In this document: positions 18,338 to 27,034 of the stretch, piece after piece | How the letters are laid out: each line of letters opens with the position of its first letter | Numbering within the stretch: position 1 is the stretch's first letter | Source: an uncultured Bacteroidales bacterium | GTDB taxonomy: Bacteria > Bacteroidota > Bacteroidia > Bacteroidales > JBBRXJ01 | NCBI GenBank assembly: GCA_964606415.1 | Contig: CAZSGN010000001.1 | Location: 1 to 45,532 of the forward strand | Direction of reading: 5' to 3' | DNA length: 45,532 nucleotides | Made by a program: the position numbers and the translations under genes | The notes under the pieces: model-generated | What the model was told of the DNA's origin: nothing | Seen by the model: the letters and a program-made list of their open reading frames with translations, nothing else | Databases searched by the model: none

Positions 18338-20644
18338 ATGAATAAACAGCTCTATTTCAAGAACATTTTCTTTTTTTATATTTTTCTTAGTACCTGTATG
18401 ATTTCCAATGGTCAATCAGCAATCGGAGAATGGCAAAACCATCTGCCCTTCAATAATATCAAACAGATTGTTGAAATCAAAGACAAAATATATGCATCCA
18501 CCCATGGCGGAGGCATTTTCTACCACAATAAAAAAGACAACAGCCTGCACCCACTAACCAAAGTAGAAGGATTAAATGATGTAGGAATCAGCACCTACAA
18601 TTATTACGATGACGCAAAAATATTAATGATTGGATACGAGAATGCCAATATTGACCTTATAACGGCAAAAGGGATCTATAATTTCCCGGATATCATGAAT
18701 AAAACATCTCTTCTTAATAAAACGATCTACGACATCTCTTTTTGGGGAGATTATGCTTATCTCTCCTGTGGCTTTGGTATCGTTGTCTTTGATTATGAAA
18801 AAAAAGAATTTAAAGAACAATATTATATTGGCGAAAACGGGCAAAGAATCAGTGTCTATGATCTTACGGCCGATGGAAAACATTTCTATGCAGCAACAGA
18901 AAATGGTCTTTTTAAAGCAGAAAAAAACAACACAAATCTTGTTGACTATCAAAACTGGCATAAAATTGTTTCGGGAATCCCCACAGGCAAATATACATCA
19001 ATAGAGAAAACTGATTCATTGATCATCGCCTGTCATCAAAATGAAAATCTTCCGGACAACATTGTTTTTTTAAAAAATAATAAATGGGATACATTATCCA
19101 CAGAAGAGTACATCAATTGTAAAAATATAACTTACTCACACAACAAAATCATTATTCAGTCCGACACCTTGATTAATATTTATAACCAACAATTGGATCT
19201 AATCACCAGTGACACCAATCACCGGATTAATGATGCAATTTATGATAAGGATGGGCAATTATGGTATGGGCATGAAAGCAAAGGGCTGTCTGTTGCAAAT
19301 GGAACAAAAAATAACATTTTTTTGAACGGTCCGGCTTACAACCAGAATATCGAGATTACTTCAATGGGCAGTACGGTCCTGGTAGCCGGAGACGTCATTC
19401 ATAAAGACAAAAATTATCTGAGAGGATATGGACTCTACCTCTACAGAAACGGAACATGGAAAAACTTCCTGTCACATCAGCCATTTCGGTCAAACTTCAG
19501 AAGTGTCGCTATTGACCCCCGGAATGAAACACATTTCTGGGGAGGTACCAGGGGATATGGTATCTCGGAATATAAAGACAACAAATTTGCTGAACATCAT
19601 GACAATCGAACAAGTGATATAGAATCAATTGCAGGTAATCCCTGGTATTTCAGTCGAGTAGAGGCGCTCAAATATGATCAGAGAAACAACCTGTGGTTTA
19701 CCGTTGACAGGGTTGAGAATCCTTTGTATGTATTTAAAAATAATAAAGAACTAATAAAATTCACATCACTGGATTATACTAAATTCGACAATCAAGAATT
19801 CGGCGATCTTGCCACCCAGGGCAACCATGTATGGTTGTTAATGAACCTAAACGACATTGGCATTTATGCCCTCAACCATAAAGGGACTATTGATGACGAG
19901 AATGATGATGAAGAGAAGTTCTTCAGCGTCTTCAATCAGGATGATAAAAAATTTGATGTATTAAATTGCATGACCACTGACCTGGACGGCAACATATGGA
20001 TAGGCACAGGCGAAGGTCCTGTTGTCTATTATAATCCTGATGATGTACACCATGATGATGATTATAAAGGATACCAAATAAAAATACCCCGTAATGACGG
20101 TTCGGGACTGGCGGATTATATGCTTGGAACAGAATCCATCAACTCAATTGCAGTAGATGGTGCTAACAGGAAATGGTTTGGCACGGAAGGATCGGGGGTA
20201 TACCTGTTTTCTGCAGACGGAAATGAACAACTACATCACTTTGACAAGGAAAACAGCCCTCTCCTTTCAAATCATATCAGAGATATCGGCATCAATGAAG
20301 AAAGCGGGGAAGTATTTTTTGGAACCGATAAAGGAATGGTTTCTTTCCGCGGAGATGCAACCAAAGCATATGATGATTTTGAAAACGTATATGCATATCC
20401 CAATCCTGTAAGATCGGATTACGACGGTTTAATTACTATAACAGGTCTTGCAAATGGCACAAACGTTAAAATTACTGATCTAGCAGGTCAAATTGTCTAC
20501 GAGCAAGATGCGATTGGGGGCCAGGTTAGTTGGGATGCTACCAATCCCGCCAATGAACGCATTCATTCTGGCATTTACCAGGTATATTGTGCAACCAAAA
20601 ACGGAGCCAAACACCTTACAACAAAAATTTTGTTTATCCAATAA
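18338..20644 (+). CDS. PorZ-like double beta-propeller protein with T9SS type-A C-terminal domain
   Basis: Signal peptide; Reg_prop-like repeats (NRKWFGTEGSGVYLF, GNIWIGTGEGPVVYY); C-terminal Por_Secre_tail pattern (YAYPNPV...ITITGL..NVKITDLAGQIVY....SGIYQVY....KILFIQ); 768 aa, the size of PorZ. Confidence 0.6.
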   Translation: MNKQLYFKNIFFFYIFLSTCMISNGQSAIGEWQNHLPFNNIKQIVEIKDKIYASTHGGGIFYHNKKDNSLHPLTKVEGLNDVGISTYNYYDDAKILMIGYENANIDLITAKGIYNFPDIMNKTSLLNKTIYDISFWGDYAYLSCGFGIVVFDYEKKEFKEQYYIGENGQRISVYDLTADGKHFYAATENGLFKAEKNNTNLVDYQNWHKIVSGIPTGKYTSIEKTDSLIIACHQNENLPDNIVFLKNNKWDTLSTEEYINCKNITYSHNKIIIQSDTLINIYNQQLDLITSDTNHRINDAIYDKDGQLWYGHESKGLSVANGTKNNIFLNGPAYNQNIEITSMGSTVLVAGDVIHKDKNYLRGYGLYLYRNGTWKNFLSHQPFRSNFRSVAIDPRNETHFWGGTRGYGISEYKDNKFAEHHDNRTSDIESIAGNPWYFSRVEALKYDQRNNLWFTVDRVENPLYVFKNNKELIKFTSLDYTKFDNQEFGDLATQGNHVWLLMNLNDIGIYALNHKGTIDDENDDEEKFFSVFNQDDKKFDVLNCMTTDLDGNIWIGTGEGPVVYYNPDDVHHDDDYKGYQIKIPRNDGSGLADYMLGTESINSIAVDGANRKWFGTEGSGVYLFSADGNEQLHHFDKENSPLLSNHIRDIGINEESGEVFFGTDKGMVSFRGDATKAYDDFENVYAYPNPVRSDYDGLITITGLANGTNVKITDLAGQIVYEQDAIGGQVSWDATNPANERIHSGIYQVYCATKNGAKHLTTKILFIQ

Positions 20645-20649
20645 CAAAA

Positions 20650-21378
20650 ATGGACCAAAAAACAACAGGTTTTATATTAAGAAAAGTCCAATACAGTGAT
20701 TCCTCTCACATCATTAATGCCTACACATTAGATAAAGGCAGACAAGACTACTTCCTCCGAAAACAAAAATCACGCAGAAACCGGGCCCTCACCCATCTTA
20801 TCAGTCCATTAAATCAACTTGAATTTGACATTGATGCCAGGCCCAAAAGACAAATACAATCTATTAAAGATATACGCCTTAAAAAACATGCGCTTTATAT
20901 GGACCAAAGTCCGGCAAAAAGCGCCATAATCTTTTTTATGTCAGAAGTCTTATATCGATCCCTGAGAGAAGAAGAAGAAAATCCGGACACCTATCGCTTT
21001 ATTGAGCATACCATTTTATTGCTCAACCAGATAGAAAAAGGCTTTCAAATGTTTCCTCTCATTTTTATCACGCTACTGACCCGTTACCTGGGTTTTACTC
21101 CACTGCTTTCTCAAAAAGATAAAAAAGAAACTCCGGGATACTTCAACCTTTATTCAGGCCTGTTTGAAAAAAAAATGTCACCAAATGAATCGATGGGACT
21201 TAAAGAGTCCCAGTTACTTAATGATATTCTTGAAAATGGGTTTCACATTACAAGTACCTATTACCATAAAAAAACACGTGAAAATTTTCTGGATAACATG
21301 CTTCTTTATTATAAGACCCATCTTGAAGGGATTAAACACTTTAAATCAGTTGATGTATTGAGAGAAATATTCGCTTAA
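20650..21378 (+). CDS. recO: DNA repair protein RecO
   Basis: MDQKTTGFILRKVQYSDSSHIINAYT OB-fold start, 242 aa. Start moved from 20587 to the ATG at 20650, which removes the overlap with the upstream gene. Confidence 0.8.
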   Translation: MDQKTTGFILRKVQYSDSSHIINAYTLDKGRQDYFLRKQKSRRNRALTHLISPLNQLEFDIDARPKRQIQSIKDIRLKKHALYMDQSPAKSAIIFFMSEVLYRSLREEEENPDTYRFIEHTILLLNQIEKGFQMFPLIFITLLTRYLGFTPLLSQKDKKETPGYFNLYSGLFEKKMSPNESMGLKESQLLNDILENGFHITSTYYHKKTRENFLDNMLLYYKTHLEGIKHFKSVDVLREIFA

Positions 21379-21422
21379 AAATGAAATATCTATAAATAAT
21401 TGTTGTTTTTTTATTTTTATCT

Positions 21423-21430
21423 TAAATTTG
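21423..21430 (+). promoter_or_regulatory. candidate -7 box TAAATTTG for yceD-rpmF-plsX
   Basis: TAnnTTTG match 22 nt upstream of the ATG at 21452. Followed by the palindrome cctcaattttgagg (21434-21447). Confidence 0.4.
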
Positions 21431-21451
21431 TGTCCTCAATTTTGAGGGGGA

Positions 21452-21976
21452 ATGGCTTTGAATAAAATGGTCGAAAATATAATTCCAATACAAGGCCTTG
21501 GCCTTGGAGAGCATATTTATTATCACAAAATTGACAACAAGTTCTTTGAACAATTTCCAGAATCAGAAATTCAAAAGGGTGATTTATCACTAGAAATAAA
21601 AGTTGTTAAAAACAATAACTTTTATTCTTTTGAAGTTCTAATCGAAGGTACAGTTGAGACGTTTTGTGACAGGTGTCTTGAGTTTTTTAACCTGGCTATT
21701 AAATCGAATAATCAATTTATTGTCAAATACAGCCAGGAAGGAACCCTTGATGAAGATGACATCATCATGATTCCACCGGAGACCAACCATTTTGACCTGT
21801 CTCCTCATATTTATGACTTTATTCATCTGGCTCTTCCTTATAAAAAAGTTCACCCACATCAAAAAGATTGTAACCAGGAAACGCTCCGGAAATTAAATGA
21901 ACATCAAAAGAAAGAAGAATCTGACCCCAGATGGAATCAATTAAAAAGATTATTTAATAACACTAATAATAACTAA
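21452..21976 (+). CDS. yceD: YceD/DUF177 family protein
   Basis: Conserved position immediately upstream of rpmF; CDRCLE..., acidic patch, LALPYKKVHP pattern; 174 aa. Confidence 0.8.
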   Translation: MALNKMVENIIPIQGLGLGEHIYYHKIDNKFFEQFPESEIQKGDLSLEIKVVKNNNFYSFEVLIEGTVETFCDRCLEFFNLAIKSNNQFIVKYSQEGTLDEDDIIMIPPETNHFDLSPHIYDFIHLALPYKKVHPHQKDCNQETLRKLNEHQKKEESDPRWNQLKRLFNNTNNN

Positions 21977-21977
21977 A

Positions 21978-22163
21978 ATGGCACATCCAAAAAGAAAAAC
22001 ATCAAAACAAAGAAAACATAAAAGGCGGACACACATAAAAGCAACTGCGCCTGCTCTTACAACATGTCAAAATTGTAACGCCACAGTTGAATTGCACAGG
22101 GTTTGCCCCGAGTGTGGCCACTACAAAGGCAGGCTTGCTATTGAGAAAAATATGGCTATTTAA
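21978..22163 (+). CDS. rpmF: 50S ribosomal protein L32
   Basis: MAHPKRKTSKQRKHKRR start and C..C...C..CG zinc ribbon; 61 aa. Confidence 0.95.
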   Translation: MAHPKRKTSKQRKHKRRTHIKATAPALTTCQNCNATVELHRVCPECGHYKGRLAIEKNMAI

Positions 22164-22193
22164 TTAAGCAATTCATTAAGGAATAACTGCCTT

Positions 22194-23126
22194 ATGAATA
22201 TTGGCATAGATGTAATGGGCGGCGATCATGCCCCCAAAAGCACAATAGAAGGAGCTTTATTGGCACTTAACGCCCTGCCCCAGGATGTTAGCCTGTCATT
22301 AATTGGCGATGAAAATAAGATCACCCCTCTTCTTAACCAATCGCTTCCCCGCATCAATATTATTCATACCGAAGATATTATTGAGATGGGCGAGAATCCT
22401 GTTAAAGCCATGTCAAATAAACCCCGGTCTAGTATTAGCATAGGATTTAATTTGTTGGAAAAGGGGGAGATTGATGGTTTCGCCAGTGCAGGCAACACAG
22501 GCGCTATGCTTATAGGTGCTATGTATTCGATCAAATCGATCCCGGGCATCATCCGTCCCGTTATAACTGCAACAATCCCTCAGGAGACAGGCCCACCCAA
22601 AATTCTTCTGGACGTTGGTATTAATCCGGATTGTAAACCGGATGTCCTTTACCAATGGGCCATTCTTGGCTCACTATATGCACGGGATGTTCATAACATA
22701 GAAAATCCAGATGTTGGACTACTAAATATTGGCTCAGAGGAAGAAAAAGGAAATTTGCTCACTAAAAACACTTTTCAGCTAATGAAAGGGACAAAAGATT
22801 TTCGCTTTACCGGGAATGTAGAAGGAGATGACATATTTGCACCAGATAAAGCAGATGTAATTGTATGTGACGGATTTGTCGGAAATATTGTTCTTAAACA
22901 AGCAGAAGCCTTTTATGCCTTGATCAAAAGACGTAAAAAATCTGATGACTTTATTGAACGTTTTAATTTTGAAAACTATGGCGGAACACCCGTCTTAGGG
23001 GTCAATAAAAGTGTTATTATAGGTCATGGGATATCAAATGGTATTGCCATTAAAAATATGATCTTATTGACAAAAGAAGTAGCAGAAGCTAACCTTGCAG
23101 AAAAAATAAGAAAAGCTTTTAACTAA
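22194..23126 (+). CDS. plsX: phosphate acyltransferase PlsX
   Basis: IGIDVMGGDHAP, SAGNTGA, CDGFVGN, GHG; 310 aa; rpmF-plsX-fabH synteny. Confidence 0.92.
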   Translation: MNIGIDVMGGDHAPKSTIEGALLALNALPQDVSLSLIGDENKITPLLNQSLPRINIIHTEDIIEMGENPVKAMSNKPRSSISIGFNLLEKGEIDGFASAGNTGAMLIGAMYSIKSIPGIIRPVITATIPQETGPPKILLDVGINPDCKPDVLYQWAILGSLYARDVHNIENPDVGLLNIGSEEEKGNLLTKNTFQLMKGTKDFRFTGNVEGDDIFAPDKADVIVCDGFVGNIVLKQAEAFYALIKRRKKSDDFIERFNFENYGGTPVLGVNKSVIIGHGISNGIAIKNMILLTKEVAEANLAEKIRKAFN

Positions 23127-23242
23127 TTTTTTCAAATATCAACCACAAAATAATCCATGCCAGGTATAACATCCATGAAATAAACACACATTTTGATGAG
23201 CATTTCTGGATTTATAATATGCCGTGAAACTGGTTTTGAGAA

Positions 23243-23285
23243 TCATGACAAGCTCCATTCCGCCTCTGGCGGGGACCGGTCATGA
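23243..23285 (+). other. nested stem-loop in the plsX-fabH spacer
   Basis: Outer arms tcatgac / gtcatga enclose the GC hairpin ccgcc-tct-ggcgg (23260-23272). It ends 26 nt before the fabH ATG. Confidence 0.5.
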
Positions 23286-23310
23286 CCATTAAAAATTAAA
23301 AGATGAAAAG

Positions 23311-24303
23311 ATGAAAAGAGCTGTCATTACAGGCGTTGAGGGATATGTCCCGGATTATATCCTGACAAATGAGGAATTAAGCCGCATGGTAGATACCAGT
23401 GACGAATGGATTATGCAACGCATTGGCATTAAAGAACGCAGGATATTAAAAGAAAAAAATAAAGCCACATCTGATTTGGCTGCTCCTGCTGTAAATAAAT
23501 TACTAAAGAAAAAAAATATTGCTCCCTCCGAGATCGATTTAGTGATCTGTGCAACTGTTACAGCAGATATGCATTTTCCTGCTACCGCAAATATCATCAG
23601 TGATAAAACAGGAATAACAAATGCTTTTAGCTTTGACCTGAACGCTGCATGCTCCGGCTTTGTTTATGCTTTGATAAATGCCGCACAATTTGTGCAATGC
23701 GGAAGATATAAAAAAGTTTTAGTAATTGGAGCCGATAAAATGTCTTCTATTGTTGATTATACAGACCGTTCAACTTGCCCCATTTTTGGAGATGGCGCCG
23801 GTGTTGTTCTGCTGGAACCCACCGAAGAAGATAATATAGGTATTATTGACCATATTTTCGGTGTTGATGGCTCTGGCAGAGAGTATCTTCACCAAAAGGC
23901 CGGTGGTTCATTAAACCCAGCCTCATACGAAACCATTGATGCCAAAGAACATTTCATCTACCAGGAAGGACAACCTGTTTTCCGTTTTGCCACAACCAAA
24001 ATGGCAGACACTTCCGTTGAAATTATGGAACGTAATAATTTAAGTGCCGAAAACCTGAAATATTTGGTTCCTCATCAAGCCAATATCCGCATCATTGAAG
24101 CTACTGCAAAAAGAATGGGACTGGCAAAAGAGAAGGTCATGATTAATATTCAGCGTTACGGTAACACAACTGCTGCGACTATTCCTCTTTGTCTGTGGGA
24201 ATGGGAGAAAGAACTCAATAAAGGAGACAACATTATATTATCCGCATTTGGTGGCGGATTTACCTGGGGGTCAATATACCTTAAATGGGGATATAACTCC
24301 TGA
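23311..24303 (+). CDS. fabH: 3-oxoacyl-ACP synthase III
   Basis: Active-site NAACSGF, HQAN, GNTTAAT; 330 aa. Confidence 0.93.
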   Translation: MKRAVITGVEGYVPDYILTNEELSRMVDTSDEWIMQRIGIKERRILKEKNKATSDLAAPAVNKLLKKKNIAPSEIDLVICATVTADMHFPATANIISDKTGITNAFSFDLNAACSGFVYALINAAQFVQCGRYKKVLVIGADKMSSIVDYTDRSTCPIFGDGAGVVLLEPTEEDNIGIIDHIFGVDGSGREYLHQKAGGSLNPASYETIDAKEHFIYQEGQPVFRFATTKMADTSVEIMERNNLSAENLKYLVPHQANIRIIEATAKRMGLAKEKVMINIQRYGNTTAATIPLCLWEWEKELNKGDNIILSAFGGGFTWGSIYLKWGYNS

Positions 24304-24312
24304 TTATATATT

Positions 24313-24344
24313 CTAAGTTGAATGGTATGAGTAAAGCGAAAGCC
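24313..24344 (+). repeat. intergenic repeat CTAAGTTGARYGGTATGAGTRAARCGAAA (copy 2)
   Basis: Matches 17416-17450 over about 30 nt. Confidence 0.6.
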
Positions 24345-24403
24345 TTACATCTTCGAAGTCCCCTAAAAAAATCGAGGCAGGCTGTTTAAGTAATTCCTGA
24401 TAA

Positions 24404-24424
24404 GAATCTCTCAATTTGGGTTAT
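24404..24424 (-). repeat. copy of the ATAACCCAAATTGAGNGATTC motif
   Basis: The reverse complement ataacccaaattgagagattc differs at one position from 62-82. Confidence 0.7.
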
Positions 24425-24463
24425 TTTATTCGTATCAGTTCCTGCCAAAAGATATTTTTTGGC

Positions 24464-24471
24464 TATATTTG
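24464..24471 (+). promoter_or_regulatory. candidate -7 box TATATTTG for the bactofilin-atp operon
   Basis: TAnnTTTG match 36 nt upstream of the ATG at 24507. Confidence 0.4.
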
Positions 24472-24506
24472 TTAATTATTCAACATAGCAGAAATTTATT
24501 TGAACT

Positions 24507-24926
24507 ATGGCAAAAAACAACAACGAAACAGACACCAATGGCATCAACTTAATTAGCATTGGAACACACATTGAGGGCAATATCAACTCTCAATCGGACA
24601 TCCGTATTGATGGTTCTCTCAAAGGAAACATTAAAACTTCCGGTAAATTAGTCATTGGTGAAAGTGGGTCTGTAAACGGGGAAGTCAGCTGTAAAAACGG
24701 GGATATTTCGGGAAAGCTGGAAGGTAAAATAGAAACATCCGAATTACTACAACTCAAATCAACCGCCAAAGTTTACGGTGATATGCAAATCAAAAAATTA
24801 TCTGTTGAGCCCGGATCAGTCTTTACAGGCCAATGCTCAATGGATAGCAGGAGTTTCGAAAATGCCGGAGCACAAGAATCAGAAAAAAGAACAGAAAGAG
24901 AAGAAAAAAAAGCAAGAGCTATCTGA
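24507..24926 (+). CDS. bactofilin (DUF583 polymer-forming cytoskeletal protein)
   Basis: Beta-helix repeats (IEGNINSQSDIRIDGSLKGNIKTSGKLVIGESGSVNGEVSCKNGDISGKLEGKI...VYGDM...LSVEPGSVFTGQCSM) and a charged tail; 139 aa. Confidence 0.85.
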   Translation: MAKNNNETDTNGINLISIGTHIEGNINSQSDIRIDGSLKGNIKTSGKLVIGESGSVNGEVSCKNGDISGKLEGKIETSELLQLKSTAKVYGDMQIKKLSVEPGSVFTGQCSMDSRSFENAGAQESEKRTEREEKKARAI

Positions 24927-25107
24927 TTATGTCAAATATTCAGGTATCGCTTTTCAAATGATCGCAACAATTCTTCTGGGTGTCTGGGGCGGACAAAAAT
25001 TAGACGCGATGCTGGACAGAGAATTTCCCCTGTTCACAGTGGTTTTGTCCCTGGCAGCAGTATTCCTCTCATTATTTATTAGCATTCGTGATTTTTTAAA
25101 ATTTTAA
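24862..25107 (+). CDS. atpZ: AtpZ/AtpI family small membrane protein
   Basis: K/E-rich N-terminus, then YVKYSGIAFQMIATILLGVWGGQKLD and a second TM (LFTVVLSLAAVFLSLFI). Start set at the ATG at 24862; the next in-frame start would cut TM1. Confidence 0.65.
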   Translation: MPEHKNQKKEQKEKKKKQELSDYVKYSGIAFQMIATILLGVWGGQKLDAMLDREFPLFTVVLSLAAVFLSLFISIRDFLKF

Positions 25108-25126
25108 GCTGATTAATGCAACCCTC

Positions 25127-25522
25127 ATGAAACAAAATGCGTTTAAATATTTTATAGGACAAACCTTAATCATTAGTGCTGTTTTAATTTTACTGGGCGT
25201 CATTGCATTTAACATGTGGGAGGACATGTATCAACCTGTGTTTCCCTTTATGCTCTTAATTATTTTAATCATTACCTGGATTGTGCATTACATGCTATTA
25301 AAAGCGGCAGAAAAAGACAATAAAACCTTTAATTATTATTTTATGTTCTCTATTGTTGGCAAAATGTTTATATACCTCGGGCTTTTGACGCTATATATGC
25401 TCCAAACAAAAGAGCCTCTTTTGCCATTTGTCGCTGTTTTTGGCATTTTATACCTGATTTTCTCTTTTATTGAGATACGTTCTGTTTTATTTTATATAAA
25501 AAAAGGACAAACAATTCGTTAA
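25127..25522 (+). CDS. four-TM membrane protein, ATP synthase protein I-like by position
   Basis: 131 aa, four hydrophobic helices, lies between atpZ and atpB. No motif recognised beyond topology and context. Confidence 0.45.
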   Translation: MKQNAFKYFIGQTLIISAVLILLGVIAFNMWEDMYQPVFPFMLLIILIITWIVHYMLLKAAEKDNKTFNYYFMFSIVGKMFIYLGLLTLYMLQTKEPLLPFVAVFGILYLIFSFIEIRSVLFYIKKGQTIR

Positions 25523-25539
25523 TTTTTTTAGTTTTGTAG

Positions 25540-26694
25540 ATGATTCAAAAAAAGATGATGATGCGAAAGATGATTTCATGCAGGATACCCGGGATGATTC
25601 TACTAAATTTGCTTTTCATTCATTCTTTTCAGGCCACATCATCAACAACTCCAGACACCTTGTCAGATCCGGATCACGCTCCGGAAGCACATGAAGTAAG
25701 CCACCCAAAAAAATCCGAAGACCAATTCAACCCCAGGTCATTTATCTTTCATCATATAAAAGATGCTCATGAATGGCATATAATTACCATAAATGGTAAA
25801 GACATCAGTATTCCCCTGCCTGTAATATTATACAGCAAGCATAGTGGATTTCATATTTTCCTCTCATCAAAATTACAACATGGTCATTCATACAGGGATT
25901 TTGAATTACCTCATCACGGGGAATATTCAGGAAAAATCATCGAACACCTGCCTAACGGAGAAATATATAAACCCATTGATGTCTCTTTCACCAAGGATGT
26001 AGCAACAGCATTTTTTAGTATTCTCCTGATGTTGTGGCTATTCATTTCCATTGCCAATCGTTACAAAGGGAACCCTTTAGCTGTTCCAAAAGGGAAACAA
26101 TCATTTTTTGAACTCTTTATTTTATTTGTGCGTGATGAGATTGCCAAACCATTCATTGGAGATCACAAATACAAGCGGTTTATGCCATATTTGCTGACAC
26201 TCTTCTTTTTTATCTGGATCAACAATATGCTGGGATTAGTTCCTTTTCCTCCCGGTGGTGCAAATTTAACGGGAGATATTTCGGTCACATTAACCTTGGC
26301 AGGCTTTACCTTTGTCATTACAACCATTAATGGGAACAAGAACTACTGGCAACATACTTTTAACACACCCGGGGTACCATGGTGGCTCAAATTCCCTATA
26401 CCAATTATACCTACAATAGAATTTCTTGGGTTATTTATTAAACCAATAACCTTAATGATCAGGTTATTTGCAAATATAACAGCAGGACACATTATAGTAT
26501 TGTCCTTATTTGCAATGATATTTATTTTCGGGGAAATGCAGCCTGTGGCAGGCTACGGGTCAAGTATAGTAATTATCCCTTTTACCATATTCATGACCTT
26601 TTTAGAACTATTGGTTGCCCTTATCCAGGCTTATGTTTTTACAATGTTGTCCGCACTCTATTTTGGCATGGCAACAGAAGAACATCATGATTAA
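25540..26694 (+). CDS. atpB: F0F1 ATP synthase subunit a
   Basis: Conserved LRLFANITAGH arginine motif (MIRLFANITAGHII) and LIQAYVFTML; long N-terminal extension of the kind I recall in Bacteroidota subunit a. Confidence 0.9.
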   Translation: MIQKKMMMRKMISCRIPGMILLNLLFIHSFQATSSTTPDTLSDPDHAPEAHEVSHPKKSEDQFNPRSFIFHHIKDAHEWHIITINGKDISIPLPVILYSKHSGFHIFLSSKLQHGHSYRDFELPHHGEYSGKIIEHLPNGEIYKPIDVSFTKDVATAFFSILLMLWLFISIANRYKGNPLAVPKGKQSFFELFILFVRDEIAKPFIGDHKYKRFMPYLLTLFFFIWINNMLGLVPFPPGGANLTGDISVTLTLAGFTFVITTINGNKNYWQHTFNTPGVPWWLKFPIPIIPTIEFLGLFIKPITLMIRLFANITAGHIIVLSLFAMIFIFGEMQPVAGYGSSIVIIPFTIFMTFLELLVALIQAYVFTMLSALYFGMATEEHHD

Positions 26695-26970
<276 letters not shown>

Positions 26971-26978
26971 AGGATACC

Positions 26979-27010
26979 GCGCAGCGGTTGGCTGCGCAAT
27001 CCTTTTTTTT
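26979..27010 (+). terminator. GC-rich hairpin plus T8 run between atpE and atpF (intra-operon attenuator/terminator)
   Basis: gcgcagc-ggttg-gctgcgc followed by aatccTTTTTTTT, 9 nt after the atpE stop. Confidence 0.7.
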
Positions 27011-27034
27011 AAACATTTTCTCAACTGATTTACT

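Noticed and set aside
20587-20649. Upstream extension of recO overlapping the PorZ-like gene
   Set aside because: The conserved RecO N-terminus begins at MDQKTTGF (ATG at 20650). The extension overlaps the preceding gene and has no similarity.
24778-24861. Longer atpZ ORF starting at 24778
   Set aside because: The extra 28 residues lie entirely within the bactofilin beta-helix coding region and are not AtpZ-like. The ATG at 24862 is preferred.
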